Assembly (NCBI RefSeq): GCF_963921235.1
Contig: NC_086097.1
Coordinates: 171,990,001-172,054,000, forward strand
Direction: 5' to 3'
DNA from: Mobula hypostoma
Taxonomy: Eukaryota
DNA: 64,000 nucleotides
Shown here: in pieces, positions 50,709-64,000 of the stretch
Layout of the letters: each line of letters starts with the position of its first letter
Position numbering within the stretch: the first letter of the stretch is position 1
Made by a program: the position numbers and the translations under genes
The notes under the pieces: model-generated
Told to the model about the DNA's origin: nothing
Database searches by the model: none
Seen by the model: only the letters and a program-made list of their open reading frames with translations

Positions 50709-53700
50709 TGGCGGAATGTGGGAATGTCCTGAGTGGATGGCGTCTTTGATTTTGCTGGCTCTGTATTGTAGACAGAGTCCATGGAGGGGAGGCAGGGAAG
50801 TAGGTAAATATGCTGTATGCAGGCATTTCCCCCTCAGGTTGGGTGAGACTAGAACTACAGGTCATAGGTTTAGAGTGAAAGATGAAATATTTAAGGGGAA
50901 GCTGTGGGTAACTTATTCACTCAGAGGGTAGTGCATGTGTGGAACAATCTGCCGGTGGAAGTGGTGGAGATGGATTCATTTGCAACATTTGTCATCAGAA
51001 TCAAGGTCAGATTTATTCACCAACGTTTGTCATGAAATTTGCTGTTTTGTAGCTGCAGTAAAGTGCAAGAGATAAATTGGGAGATCAAGAATTGAACTTA
51101 AACAAGTAAGAAGTTTGTTCAAAAGTCTAATAACAGTGGAATAAAAGCTGTCCTTGAGCCTGGTGGTTCATGTTCTCAGGTTTCTGTATTTTCTGCCTGA
51201 AAGAAGAGGGAGAAAGAGACTGATCAGGATGGGAGGTGTTCTTGATTATGTTGGCTGCTTTCCCGTGGCAAATATAGACAGTATAAATGGAGGAGAGACA
51301 AGTTTTACTTCAGACATTCAGAATCCACAGTATTTTCATATCTGTGAGGCACTTCTGTTTGATTCACTCCACACACCACAGCCTGCTGTATGAATGTCAT
51401 ACATGGAACTGAAATCTACTAGAGAGAAGCAAACCTTCAAGGAACAGGGCTGGTAAGAATTCCAGCCCACCCATCATCATGCCAATGTACCAACAGACAG
51501 ACAGAATGAAGCTAATGCTTCACGGACTGTTGGCACTCCCAGAATGTCCCTCTATTTATATGCCATTTGCCTGTGAAAACAAATGGATGTACTGGCCAGG
51601 AATTTCCTTGGGACTGGGTGTATAATGTTAACATACTACTATTTTTCCAGTAAGATCCAATTCAAAGCATTTAAATAAGTCAATAATATAGCAGTTATAA
51701 ACGAAGTTGTGTACATGTACCCCTCTTCCTATCTGCTAGTGTATGGGAACTGAGAAAGGAATAAAGGACCCAGCAACAATACTTCTTTCAGCACTACAAA
51801 CTATCATGCAGATGTGAAACCCTGCTCTAAAGTAAGTCCCATTGTTTTAAAGCCAAGGATGGGATCAATTAGATCTCAGAGGCAATCTGGAAGGGATACA
51901 TTTATCTGAATATGAATCTTAGATACAAACACTGAGGGTACGAGCAAGGCCTTCTGTTCATTTTCCAGAATTTAAGTGTGCTTAATTTCTAGGTTCAAAG
52001 GAAAAGTAGGGCATCACAAAATATATCAAAGTTTGCAGGGGAATCAAGCATCTTCATTCTGGGCACTCAGTAATTGTCTCTGCATGAATCCACCTCAGCC
52101 TTGTAGCTAATCATAACTTCTATGATTTTTGGTGACTAAATGTATTGAACTTGTTTAAAGCCATCAGATTTGCTAATGTCCCTTACAAAAAGAAAAGCGC
52201 CATCCCCTTGATCTGAGTTTACACAGAAGCATAATCCCATGGCATTGTGACTGCAAACAAGCAAACAAAGAATTAGGAGCAAGAGTAGGCCACTTAATCC
52301 CTCAAGCCTTTCCACCATTCAATAAGATCATGGTTGATCTGATTGTAACATCAGGTCAGTTTATAATGGGCCAATTTATCATTTAGGGCAAGTGAAAGAA
52401 GGGATGGGCAATAAATACTGGTCTTACTCTTTAGATCCATATTCCATGAATGAAGTTGGAAGGGTTACAGGGAAAGTCATGAACAGCTGCAGCCTGTGGA
52501 ATGAGATTCAGATCAGCCAACTGACTATAGACTGGACATTTTAGTATGCCTGAACTTCTCCAGTCAGAAAGTCACGGATGTTCAGAGAATGTCCATGTTC
52601 AAGGTCAAACCTGAATGATTTTAACCACTGGTGGAATCTAAGGGCGAGGGCTGAAGTTCAAATGGACATTCATGATGATCTTCCTGATGTTCAAAGCCTC
52701 TCTGGATCACAGCTTGGTATGGCAACTGCTCTACCCAAGACTGCAAGGAATTGTAGAGTTAGGAACACAGCCCAGTCCATCATAAAAACCAGCCTCCGCT
52801 CCACTGACTCTGGCTGAACATCCTGCTGCTCTGGGAGAGCAGCATGATTTAGGAGCCCTCTCTCTCCTCCTCACTCCCATTGGGTAGAAGGTACAAAAGC
52901 TCAAAAACACATCACCAGACTCAAGGACAGCTTCTACCCCACTGTTATCAGACTCTTGAATGAACCTCCCATGCTAATGAATTCTTGATCTCCCAATCTA
53001 TCTCAACAGCCTTTTGCACTTTATTTGTCCACCTGCACTGCACTTTCTCTGTAACTGCAAGTTTTAGGAATTCTGTTTTTCTTTTTACTATCTAATTACG
53101 GAAGTTATCTGTGTGGATAGCATGGAAGCAAAAGCTTTTCAAAGTCCTTCCATACATGTGACAATAAAACCCATAGCACTCTTATGCTCTGTCCTTACAA
53201 ATTCAGCAGTGGAGACTGTGTCAAGCTCTTTCACGCAACATCAAAAGAATTTTAAAACAGGCACACTTGTTCGTTTGGATTCCCTTACAGTTTCCAGAGC
53301 CAATAACAGCTGAATGCCAAACTCCAGAGGTAAGAACTAAGAAAGAGGGCCTTTGTGACATCATAACTAAATGTAGAAGTGTTGATGGAGCACAAGCAAC
53401 TTGACAAAGGTCTGGATTGTAGAATCATTAGCTCACAAACTGCAGATCTGTGCCTACTCTTTGAAGTAACCCTGTAACATGTTTATGGGTTTGGCCAGCT
53501 GCCACAAAGGGCTACTGGGTCATTCTGCATCTGCTCTGTTCTGTTCTGGTGTCCATGTTGTCAAGTTATTGATTCATACAGCACCGAAACTGGCCCTTCA
53601 GCTCACTAGAACCATCCTACTCATTGTACCATTGCTGATCCCATTTACTATCACTCGGTCTGTGTCTACAGAAGGGTTACACGTGCTAGAGTAGATGCAA

Positions 53701-53883
53701 GGGGTATGGGAAGCGGGGGGAATACAAGAATGAAAGGTGTCACACCTGTCAAATGACTGAATAGAGATTCACGGAGTTATACTGCATGGAAACAGGCCCG
53801 TCCATCCCAGTCATCCATACTGTTAAAGATGCGTATATGTGCTAACACTTCTTGCCTGCATTTGGCCCATAATCCCGCTAAAC

Positions 53884-53965
53884 CAGGGAATCCCAATCTT
53901 TTTTATGCCATGGACCCTTACCATTAACCCTGAGGGGTCTGTGGACCCCAGTTTGGGAACTCCTG
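53884..53965. mobile_element. 82 bp hAT (Charlie-type) MITE
   Basis: CAGGGAATCCCAA / TTGGGAACTCCTG ends; 8 bp TSD CGCTAAAC / CTCTAAAC. Confidence 0.85.
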
Positions 53966-54781
53966 CTCTAAACCTGTCTAAATAACTTCTAATTCTAAGT
54001 GTACGCACTTCCACCCCTTCCTCTGATGACTCATTCTACATACCGACCACCTGATTTAAATAGTTGCTCCCCAGATCTTCCATCAGTATTTCCTCTCTCA
54101 CCTTAAACCTCTATCCCTTAGTGTCAGACTCCCTTACCTTGGGAAAAAGACTGACTGTCTACCTGCCTATGCCTCTCAATTTCATAAACCTCTATAAGGT
54201 CACCCCCTAACTTCTGGAGAAAATAGTTCGTCAATGCAGTCTCTCCAGCTGCTAAAGCCCTCCCAAGTCTAGGCAACATTTGATAAATTTTCTTGCCTCC
54301 TCTCTACCTTAGAATAAGATGAAAGGAGATTGTTGGGAACTATGAGAATTTGATCATATAGGAACAGGAGGCCAAAATTGGAAAAATAATTAAAGAACAG
54401 ACCCCAATGCAAACAATAGGGGAACTCAGATGAACATTACACAGCATGTGATCAGAAAGTACAAAGTGTGAGACTGGGGAATTAATAATGGAAAACAGGA
54501 ATTGACAGATAAACTAAATGTATTTTACAGCAGCCTTCACCAGCAATGTCCCAGAAATTGGGAATGGGGAGAACTTGGGAAAATAACAATCAACAGGAAA
54601 GTGGGTACTAGGCAAGTTGTTGGAGCTGCAAACTGTTGGGTCTCTGTATACCTGCACTGCACTGCACATCCACAGTAACTGCAGCACTATCCTGGGACAA
54701 AGGGCCTATCCTGTGTGGTACTGTTCTATAGTCCAGATGAAGGGTACCAATAGGTATAGGAGCAGCACTGTTTAAGGAAGC

Positions 54782-55740
54782 TGTCACAATGGGGGTGCTG
54801 GGAACAGACCCAAATGCAAGACACAGACACTGAAGTACAAGGAACAGGACTTGACAGGATTCAGACCAGGAGCAGGGACCAGAACACAGACTTGGGCTAG
54901 GGAAAGCAGGACCAGGACTAGAAACCATGGACTAGGAGACAAGGCTTCAACTCCAAGCCCAAGACTGGACAAGGACACAGAACATGGGTCTTGCCTCAGC
55001 TCAGACCCCAGAACCAGGCAAGGCCATGACATGGCTTCAGGACAGGAAGTGGCTGGGGTCTGGGACCCTGAGCTTGGCTGCCAGCTGGGGTCTGGGACCA
55101 TCCATTGTGTAACAGCAGAGCAGCTGGACTTAGCCAACAGAGGCAAAGACAAGACAGGTTTCCCCACAGGGCAACCGCAGAACAGCCTGACTTACCCCAC
55201 AGAGGCAAGGACAAGACAAGACAGATCCCCCACAGGGCAACAGCAAAACAGCCTGGCTTATCCCACAGAGGTGAGGACAAGAAGAGATAACACCAAAGAA
55301 CAACAGACAGTTCCATCTCTGGTCCAGGGTAGCTCTAAGTCTCAGTTCAGCCAGCAACCTCAGCTGGCTACAGAAACAGCCAGATCCCTACCTAGCTCAG
55401 AGTCACTGGCAGCCACTCAGCTGGCCTGGGAAACAGTCAAATCCATACCACAAAGACAGCTCCAACTACTGACAGCAAGGATCCATGAAGGGATGTTTCC
55501 CCAACACAGCCTAAAGATGGCAATTGGCTACTCTAGCCATCCACCAGCAGATAACTCCCAGGGGATCTTGACAAAACAAACCAGCAGCCCACACTCAAAC
55601 CCAAGGCTACTTATATTCCAAGCCCCAAGATGGAAATCAGGTGCCTATGATTAACTCAAACAAGGGACAGCTGGAAGACCTGGAGTCCTGAGTCCACGGA
55701 CCATACCGTGAACTCAGACTTCACGGACTGGACTATGACA
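54782..55740 (-). mobile_element. Solo LTR, 959 bp, with internal ~66 bp repeats
   Basis: TGTCA...TGACA ends; 5 bp TSD GAAGC (54777-54781, 55741-55745); orientation inferred from TATAA on the minus strand near 55612. Confidence 0.85.
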
Positions 55741-55899
55741 GAAGCAGGGAATCTACAGAAGGACTTAACCAAGATGAGAAGAATCTTAGTTTTTAATGTG
55801 AGATTGGGAGGCCGTTGATAATTGGTGAGTGCTATATTGCATGGAGGGGAGGATGGTAGGCTGATGAGGAGCATGAAGTGTATTTTCCTAGCATGGAAT

Positions 55900-56602
55900 G
55901 GACTTGGCTAATTTGGGCTGTGACGTCAACCTCTCCCTCCCGAATTACCTCCTCCAACTTCCCCTTAAGTGCCAATGACTGACTAATAGGAGTGAACAAA
56001 CCCTACCGGTGTAGTAGAAAACTGGGGGGAAATTTTCATTCTAAAGAAGGAAATTTTACGTGCCATGACTCAGTTGCTGGCGTACCAATTTGCTGTTGTT
56101 GTAAACATTGCAAAAGGTTAATTGTGTCGATTAGAAGTGAATTGTACTGTATTCATATGTTTTGCAGTTTTCTCATTTAATTATTTATTATGCCATCCTT
56201 TTTTATATTTTATTAACCCCTGTGAATTACAGACATGTCTGACAGTCCAATGTGGCGATTTTAGAAGATGAGGTGCGAGATAGAAGAGGAGGATTCTAGG
56301 CCTTGACCTATGGGCAATTCTGATGAGGTTAGTAATGAAAAATTACAGTCTTCTGGGTCATTTCACTGCACTAGTGCAACAATGGACACAAGAAAAGTCC
56401 ACCTTTGCAATGAAAGCTACTTATCAATGGGTTTTACATGGATAGGTGATTCAAGTTGTCCTATTCCATTGTGCCTAGTCTGTACATTTACAACTTACTG
56501 ATCACGCTAACGTACTGTGAGCTGTAGGTATAATCATTTTTAACCAGGGATTCCCTAAGACCTGAAAATTATTTCAGGGGTTCCTCCAGGGCAAAAAGGC
56601 TG
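55900..56602 (+). mobile_element. Internally deleted hAT (Buster/Charlie-type) transposon; left end not located
   Basis: RKVHLCNESYLSMGFTWIGDSSCPIPLCLVC resembles the BED-finger N-terminus; right end AAAGGCTG followed by CTATAGAC. Confidence 0.7.
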
Positions 56603-57360
56603 CTATAGACTATATCTAAATGGGGGTGGAGGGGAGTTCAGAAATTAGAGGTTCAACATGACCTGAGGGTCGCAGTGCAGGATTCCCTCAAGGTAAACTT
56701 GCAGGTTGAGTCAGTAGTAAGGAAGGCAAATGTAATATTAGCATTTATTCCAAAAGGACTAAAAAAATAAAAGCAAGGGTGTACTTCTGAGGCTTTATAA
56801 GGCATTGGTCAGACCACATTTGGAGTATTGTGAGGAACTTTGGGCCCAAATCTAAAAGATATAGTGACAATGGAGAAGGAGGAGGTTCATGTGAATGATC
56901 CTGGGTACTAAAGAGTTAATGTATGAGAAGAGTTTGATGGCACAGGGCCTGTACTTGCTGGAGTTTAGAAGAATGAGGGGGTATCTCTCTGAAACTCACT
57001 GAAATTCGCAAGGCCTAGATAGAGTGGACTTCAAGAAGACATTTCAAATAGTGGGAGAGTCTAGGATCAGAGGGCACAACCTCAGAATAGAAGGACATCC
57101 CTTTAGAACAGGTGAGGAGGAACTTCTTTAGCTAGAGGAAGGTGAATCTGTGAAATGCATTGCTACGTACATTGTTATTGGGTATACAGTATTTAAAGTG
57201 GAGGTTGATGGGTTCCTAATTAGTAACGGTGGCAAAAGTTTTGGGGAGAAAGCAGGAGAATGACATTGAGAGGGAAAATAAATCAGTCGTGATAGAATGG
57301 TGGAATGGACTTGATGGGCTGAATGGCCTAATTCAGCTACTATGCTTTATAGTTTTAGTG
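56603..57360 (+). mobile_element. CR1 3' fragment
   Basis: GGTCAGACCACATTTGGAGTATTG, AGAGGGCACAACCTCAGAATAG; colinear with 46420-47160. Confidence 0.85.
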
Positions 57361-58825
57361 ACTCTCTTTTTCCCTCCACAGATATTGGCTGGTCCTTTGA
57401 GTTCCTCCAGCATCTTCTGTGTTGCACTACACTCCACTACACTCTGCATTCTGGCTTTTTTTTACTGAGTCAATGGAAATCTGCTTGGCATCATCTGGCA
57501 CAGAAAACTAAACATTGTCTTTTTTTATATTCAAAGCTTATTCAATGATTGCAATATTATAACAAAAACATGCATACAATACTGAAGACTACATAAAACA
57601 CATTATTTACAGTTTCAGATTAAAATACCATTATTAATATCTATAACACATTTGAGCCTTTGTGGGCCCACCTTTCCCACAGATCCCCCATTGTACCCAT
57701 GGATACCACGTGCTCCTTCCCTATGGCACCCGGACTTGAAGACAACCCCGAAAGAGGGTCAGGTAGTCACCTCGGACAAAACCCTTGACTGCCCGCCACC
57801 TTTACTGCATCTTGGTGCACATGACAATAATACACCAAGACCAAGGATGGGTTTCATCCTGGCTTCTTAAAAGAAGTAACTACTGAGCTGATTGATGTGC
57901 TGGTTTTAATTCCCCCTAAATCAGCCATTGTAACTACTTTTTCCAAAAAGGGATACAGAAAGTAGGAAACTACAAGGCTGCTAGCCTAACGTATGTCATT
58001 AGGAAAAGATTAGTTTATTATAAAGACATCATTCATAAAAGAGTAAATTGAAAACATCAGGGTGATCTTACAGGGTCAGAGTGGTTTAGCAAACGTGGCA
58101 GAATGTCATTACTCATTTGTAAAAGAACTGAACACAAAATTCGAAGAAGTGAGGATTCAGTTATTCGAAGTATTCGTGTGACCATGACTGGAGTATTATG
58201 TACAGTACTCATTCTCTTCTCTAAGGAGGCAATTTGAAGGAGACTTACTAAACCTGCTGAGTATTCTGGCTAGTTGCATCACACCTTGATATGGAGGCAT
58301 CCATCACTGAGGACCCTCTCCATCCAGGATATGCCCTCTTCATTTTATTCTGTCGGGGAGGTGGTACAGGAAACCCACGCTCAATGATTTAGGAACAACT
58401 TTTTCCTTTCCGCTGTCAGATTTCTAAATGGTCCATGAACCCATGAACACGACCTCGCTATTCCTTTATTTTACAATTCATTTATTTTTACAACTTGCAG
58501 TATATTTTTATGCCTTTGCATTGTACTGGTACTGTGAAGCGACAAGTTTCACATCACATAAGTCAGTGTAATAAATCTGATTCTTATTCTGAAGACAAAC
58601 TGTAGAATAGGCTGATAAGGGATGATTGAACAGATGAGCTTATATCCACAGGAAATTATGAAGATGAGAGGGGACTTCACTGAACTGTTGAGTGTTTTGA
58701 GAATTTTTGACAGGATGGATGTAAAAGGGATGTTAGAGTACCTAGGACTAGGATTTGCTGTTTAAATGTAAAGAGTTACCTATTTAAGACAACCAGAGCA
58801 ATTATGATTCTCTCATATGTTGCAA

Positions 58826-61800
58826 GTCCATAAGAACATAAGATATAGGAGTAGAACTAAGCCATTTGGCCCGTCGAGTCTGATCCACCATTAAATCATG
58901 GGCTGATCCAGTTCTTGCAGTCATCCCCACTCCCCTGCCTTCTCCCCATACTCTTTGATGCCCTGGCTAATCAAAAAACTATCTATCTCTGCCTTAAATG
59001 CACCCTAAGACTTGGCTTCCACAGCCGCTCATGGCAACGAATTCCACAGATTTACCACCCTCTGACTAAAGTAATTCCTCTGCATCGCTGTTCTAAATGG
59101 ACATCCTTCAATCCTGAAGTCGTGCCCTCTTGTTCTAGGCTCCCTTACCACGGGAAATAACTTTGCTATATCTAATCTGTTCAGGCCTTTTAACATTCAG
59201 AATGTTTCTATGAGATCGCCCCTCATTCTTCTGAACTCCAGGGAATATAGCCCAAGAGCTGCCAGACATTTCCTCATATGGTAATCCTTTCATTCCTGGA
59301 ATCATTCTCATGAATCTTCTCTGAATCCTCTCCAATGCCAGTATATCCTTTCTAAAATAAGGAGCGCGAAACCGCACAAATGCTCCAAGTGTGATCTCAT
59401 GAGTGCCTTACAGAGCCTCAACATCACATCTCTGTTCTTATATTCTATACCTATAGAAATGAATGCCAACATTGCATTCACCTTCTGCACCACCGACTCA
59501 ACCCTTTGGGGTATCCTGCACAAGGACTCCCAAGTCCCTTTGCATCTTTAATTTTGAATTCTCTTCCCATCTAAATAATAATCTGCCTGTTTATTTCTTC
59601 CACCAAAGTTCATGACCATACATTTTCCAACATTGTATTTCATTTGTCACTTGTTTGCCCACTTCCCTAATTCTCTCTGCAGGCTCTCTGTTTCCTCAAC
59701 ACTACCTGCTCCTCCACCTATCTTTGTATCATCAGCAAATTTAGCCATAAATCCATTAATCCCACAGTTCAAATCATTGACATACATCGTAAAAAGCAAT
59801 GGTCCCAACACCAACCCCTGTGGAACTCCACTGATAATCGGCAGCCAGACAGAATAGGATCCCTTTACTCCCACTCTCTGTTTTCTACCAATCATCCAGT
59901 GCTCCACCCATGCTAGTAACTCCCCTGTAATTCCATGGGCTCTTATCTTGCTAAGCAGCCTCATGTGTGGCACCTTGTCAAAGGCCTTCTGAAAATCCAA
60001 GTACACCACATCTATTGCATCTCCTTTGTCTATCCTGCTTGTAATTTCCTCAAAAAATTGTAGTAGGTTAGTCAGGCAGGATTTTCCTTTCAGGAAACCT
60101 GAAAGGTTTGGCCTATCTTGTCATGTGCTTCCAGGTATTCCATAATCTCATCCCTAACAATTGATTCTAACAAATTCCCGACCACTGATGTCAGGCTAAC
60201 AGGTCTATAGTTTCCTTTCTGCTGCCTCCCACCCTTCTTAAATAGCAGAGTAACATTTGGAATTTTCCAGTCATCTGGTACAATGCCAGGATCTATTGAT
60301 TCTTGAAAGATCATTGTTAATTCCTCTGCAATCTCTCCAGCTACTTCCTTCAGAACCTGAGGGTGCATTCCATCAGCTGCAGGAGATTTATCCACCCCCA
60401 GACCATTAAGCTGCTTGTGCACCTTCTCAGTCATAACTTTCACTGCACATTCTTTACTTCTCTGACACTCTTGAATGTCTGGTATACTGCTGATGTCTTC
60501 AGCTGTGAAGACTGATGCAAAATACACACTCAGTTCCTTTTTGCAAGTTTTTAAAAGCTTCCCAATCCTCTATCTTCCCACTAACTTTGGCTTCCTTGTA
60601 TGCCTCTCTTTTGCTTTTACTTTGGCTCTGATTTCACTTGTCAGCCATGGTAGTATCCTTCTTCCATTCGAAAATTTCTTCTTATTTGAAATATATGTCT
60701 TGCACTTTCCTCATTTTTCACAGAAACTCCAGCCATTGCTGCTCTGCTGTCCTTCCTGCTAATGTCCCTTTCCAGTCAACCTTGGCCAGTTCCCCTCTTA
60801 TGCCATTGTAATTTCATTTATTCCACTGAAATACCGACACATTGGAATTTGGTTTCTCCTTCTCAAATTTCACAGTAAACTCCATCATATTGTGACCACT
60901 GTGCCCTAAGGATTCCTTAACCTTAAGCTCTCTTATCATTTCTGGATCATTGCACAACACTCAATTCAGCACAGCCAATCCCTTAGTGGGATCAACAACA
61001 AGCTATTCTAAAAAGCCATCGCTTAAACATTCTACAAATTCTCTCTCTTGAGGTCCAGTACTGGCCTGATTTTCCCAATCCACTTTCATGTTAAAATCCC
61101 CAATGATTATCATGACATTGCCCTTCTGACACATCTTTTCTATCTTCAGCTGTAATTTGTAATCCACATCCCGGCTGCTGTTTGGAGGCCTGTATACAAC
61201 TGCTATTAGGGTCCTTTTACCCTTGCCATTTCTTAACTCAACCCATAGAGACTCTACACCTTCCAATCCTATGTCATCCCTTTCTAATGATTTAATATTA
61301 TTTCTTATACACAGGGCCACATATCCTCGAACATTCAACTCCCAATGGCAGCCATCCTTTAGCCAAGTTTCAGAAATGGCCACAACATCATATTTCCCAA
61401 TTTGTAGTTGAATTTCAAGATTGTCCATTTTATTTCTTATGCTGTGTGCATTAAAATACAACACTTTCAGTCCAGTATTTGCTGCTTTCTGTTTTAACTG
61501 CACCACGCCTCTATTGCCTTGTAACTCATCCCACTGGCTGTGATTATGCTTCACCTCCTGCCTGTCCTTTCTATCATCTCTGTTGCACGCTATCTTTGAC
61601 TTATTTCTGTTTTCCCCTTTCTCAGCCCTATCACTCCAGTTCCCATCCCCCTGCCAAATTCATTTAAACCCTCCCTAACAACTCTATTAAACCTGCCTGC
61701 TAGGATATTGGACCCCTTTGGGTTCAGGTGTAACCCATCCTTTTTGTACAGGTTGTATCTCCCCCCAGAAGATGCCCGAATGTTCCAAGAACCCAAAGCC

Positions 61801-61860
61801 CTGCCCCTTACACCAGTCTCTCAGCCACACATTAATATGCCTGATCATGCTATTCTTGCG
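58826..61860 (-). mobile_element. CR1: ORF1 C-terminus and ORF2 to the 3' tail, decayed with an internal deletion
   Basis: LYKKDGLHLN, LKVLYFNAHSI..AISETWL, VYRPP, GDFN, GVPQG, KFADDTK; cataagaacataaga tail. Confidence 0.95.
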
Positions 61861-63304
61861 CTCGTTAGCAAGGCTCTGGAACTCTCTTCCTCAAAAGGCA
61901 ATGGAAGCAGAGACTTTGAGAATTTTTAAGACAAACGTAGATAAGTTCTTGATTATCATAGAGCATGGTGGTAGTTGGAAATATGTAATAGGTGACAGGC
62001 AGATCAGACACAATCTTACTAACTGCTGAAGCAGGTTCCAGAGGCCGAGGAGCCTGCTCCTGCTCTAGTTTATAACCATAGTTGCCCCTTGCTTTGTCAA
62101 AGCTCTCTTAGACTGAGTTTGACCCTGATACCTAATCCAGACTCACCTCTACTACATTGTGCCAGTCAATAACTAGGCTGTTTCTTCTCATTCTGCAGGG
62201 TGAGCTGTGCAGATTTAAAAAAGCTTTCCAAGAAAATCGATGCCTTTGTGTTCTAAATGTTTGAACCTGTACCAAACGTATGGGAGTAATGGTTATTTTA
62301 TAGGTTAGTAATAGAAGACCAGGCTAACAATCTAGTAACTCAAATTCAAGTCCCAGTATTGATTTATAACTCAGTTAACAATCTAGTCTTAGCAATAGAG
62401 ACAGACTCTTTGGCCCAAAACATCCATGCCAATGAAGGTGCATGTGTGAGCTAGTCCCACTTGTCTGCATTTGACCCACTTCTATCTAAACCTGTCCTGT
62501 CCATGTGCCTTTTGTAACTTTAATCATTATAATTGTACCTGCTTCTACTAATTCTTCTAACAGCTCATCTATATACCCACTACTTTTTGTGAACAAATTG
62601 CCTCCACACCTCCTTTGAACCTTTCCCCTCTCACCTTAAACCTAAGCCCTCTAGTTTTAGGCTCTTCTACTCAAGGAAAAGGCTGTGACCATCTAACATT
62701 TTTGTCCATCATGATTTTATAAACGTCTATCACTCTTCATCCTGCTCTGTTTAGGAAAAACAATTTCTGTCTGTACACACTCTATAGACAGTTCTCATTC
62801 CCAGCAGCACAAATCCATGGACACCAACGGGATTAAAGAATATAGAGATCATGAAATTACAGTCATTTACTGTTAGTGAACGCTGCTGATGAAATTGCAA
62901 TGCTGGGATCAGGATCAAGAAACAAAGTACTGGAGGACTCAATGGATCAAGCAGTATCTGTGGGGGTAAATTGGCAGTTCATGTGATATGAACCCCACCC
63001 TTCCTCTCATCTCTTTACACTACCTCCCCTCTACTCTTTCAATCCAAGTAAAGGGTCTTGGACCAAAACATCAGCTGTCCATTTGATTTGAAACTTGAGG
63101 TTGGCCAGCAGTTTGTATTTTGCTGGTATTCACAAAGATGACTTCCAAATTTGAATGTTGTAAAACCAAGCTGATTTACCCTATTCTTCAAGGAAAGGAA
63201 TCTTATCCGGTCTGGCCCAAATATGACTCCAAACCACAGCAATATAGTTGTCTACAAAATAGCCCAAACAAACAATCTGTTCAGGAGCAATTAAGCTGTG
63301 AGGT

Positions 63305-64000
63305 CATAGAGTCATAGAAAAGTACAGAACAGAAACAGGCCCTTCGGCCCATCTAGTCCATGCCAAATCATTTAAACTAACTACTCTGATTGGCTGTAGC
63401 CCTCCATACCCCTACTATACATGTACCTATCCAAACTCTCTTAAATGTTGAAACCGAGCTCGCAAGTACATCTTGCATTGGCAGCTCATTTCACACTTTC
63501 ATGATGCTCTGAGTGAAGATGTTTCCCCTCATGTTCCCCTTAAACTTTATGCCTTTCACCTTTAACCCATGAATTCTAGTTGTAATTCCCCCCAACCTCG
63601 GTGGAAAAAGCCTGCTTGCATTTGTCCTATCTATCCCCCTCAGAATTATGTATATTTCTATCAAATCTGCTCTCAATCTTCTATGTTCTAAGGAATATAG
63701 TCCTAACCTATTCAATATTTCCTTATAACTCAGATCCTCCAGACCAAGCAACATCTTTGTAAATTTTCCCTGTACTCTTTCAACCTCATTTACATCTTTC
63801 CTGTCAGTAGGTGACCAAAACTACATACAATACTCCAAATTAGACCTCGCCAATGTCTTATACAACTTCAATATAAGATCCCATCTCCTGTACTCAGTAC
63901 TTGGATTTATGAAGACCAATCTGCCAGAAGCTTTCTTTATGACCTTGTCTACATGTGATACCACTGTCAATGAACTATGAACTTGTATTCCTGGATCCCT
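63305..64000 (-). mobile_element. CR1 3' fragment running off the window
   Basis: catagagtcataga tail; LGLYSLEHRRLRADLIE. Confidence 0.9.

Noticed and set aside
62280..63295. LF-SINE assignment for old SINE-like pieces (also ~47310-47730 and ~52380-52450)
   Set aside because: They look like an old shark/ray SINE family, but I cannot support the family name without a database search

Overview
Repeat-dense vertebrate nuclear DNA, intergenic or intronic. The repeat set (CR1 LINEs, Rex1/Babar, HE1/V-type SINEs, Penelope relics) points to a cartilaginous fish, probably a ray; this is inference. No host gene is recognisable and almost all listed ORFs are decayed transposon fragments or chance ORFs. 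Main contents: a full-length decayed Gypsy retrotransposon (17050-21381) and a solo LTR of its family; two unrelated solo LTRs; many CR1 copies, two with SGNH-esterase ORF1 remnants; Rex1/Babar; a Tc1 DD34E-type transposon; hAT and mariner MITEs; tRNA-derived SINEs; and a Penelope 3' end with a minimal hammerhead ribozyme. Most notable: a hAT-ended fold-back element whose arms are Tc1 transposase sequence, the hammerhead and its dispersed degenerate relatives, a CR1 with an inverted 3' half, an old 230 bp duplication, and two phase-compatible candidate + strand exons. I found no well-supported new multi-gene system. All alignments and family assignments were made by eye and from recall, so boundaries without a target-site duplication (TSD) are approximate.
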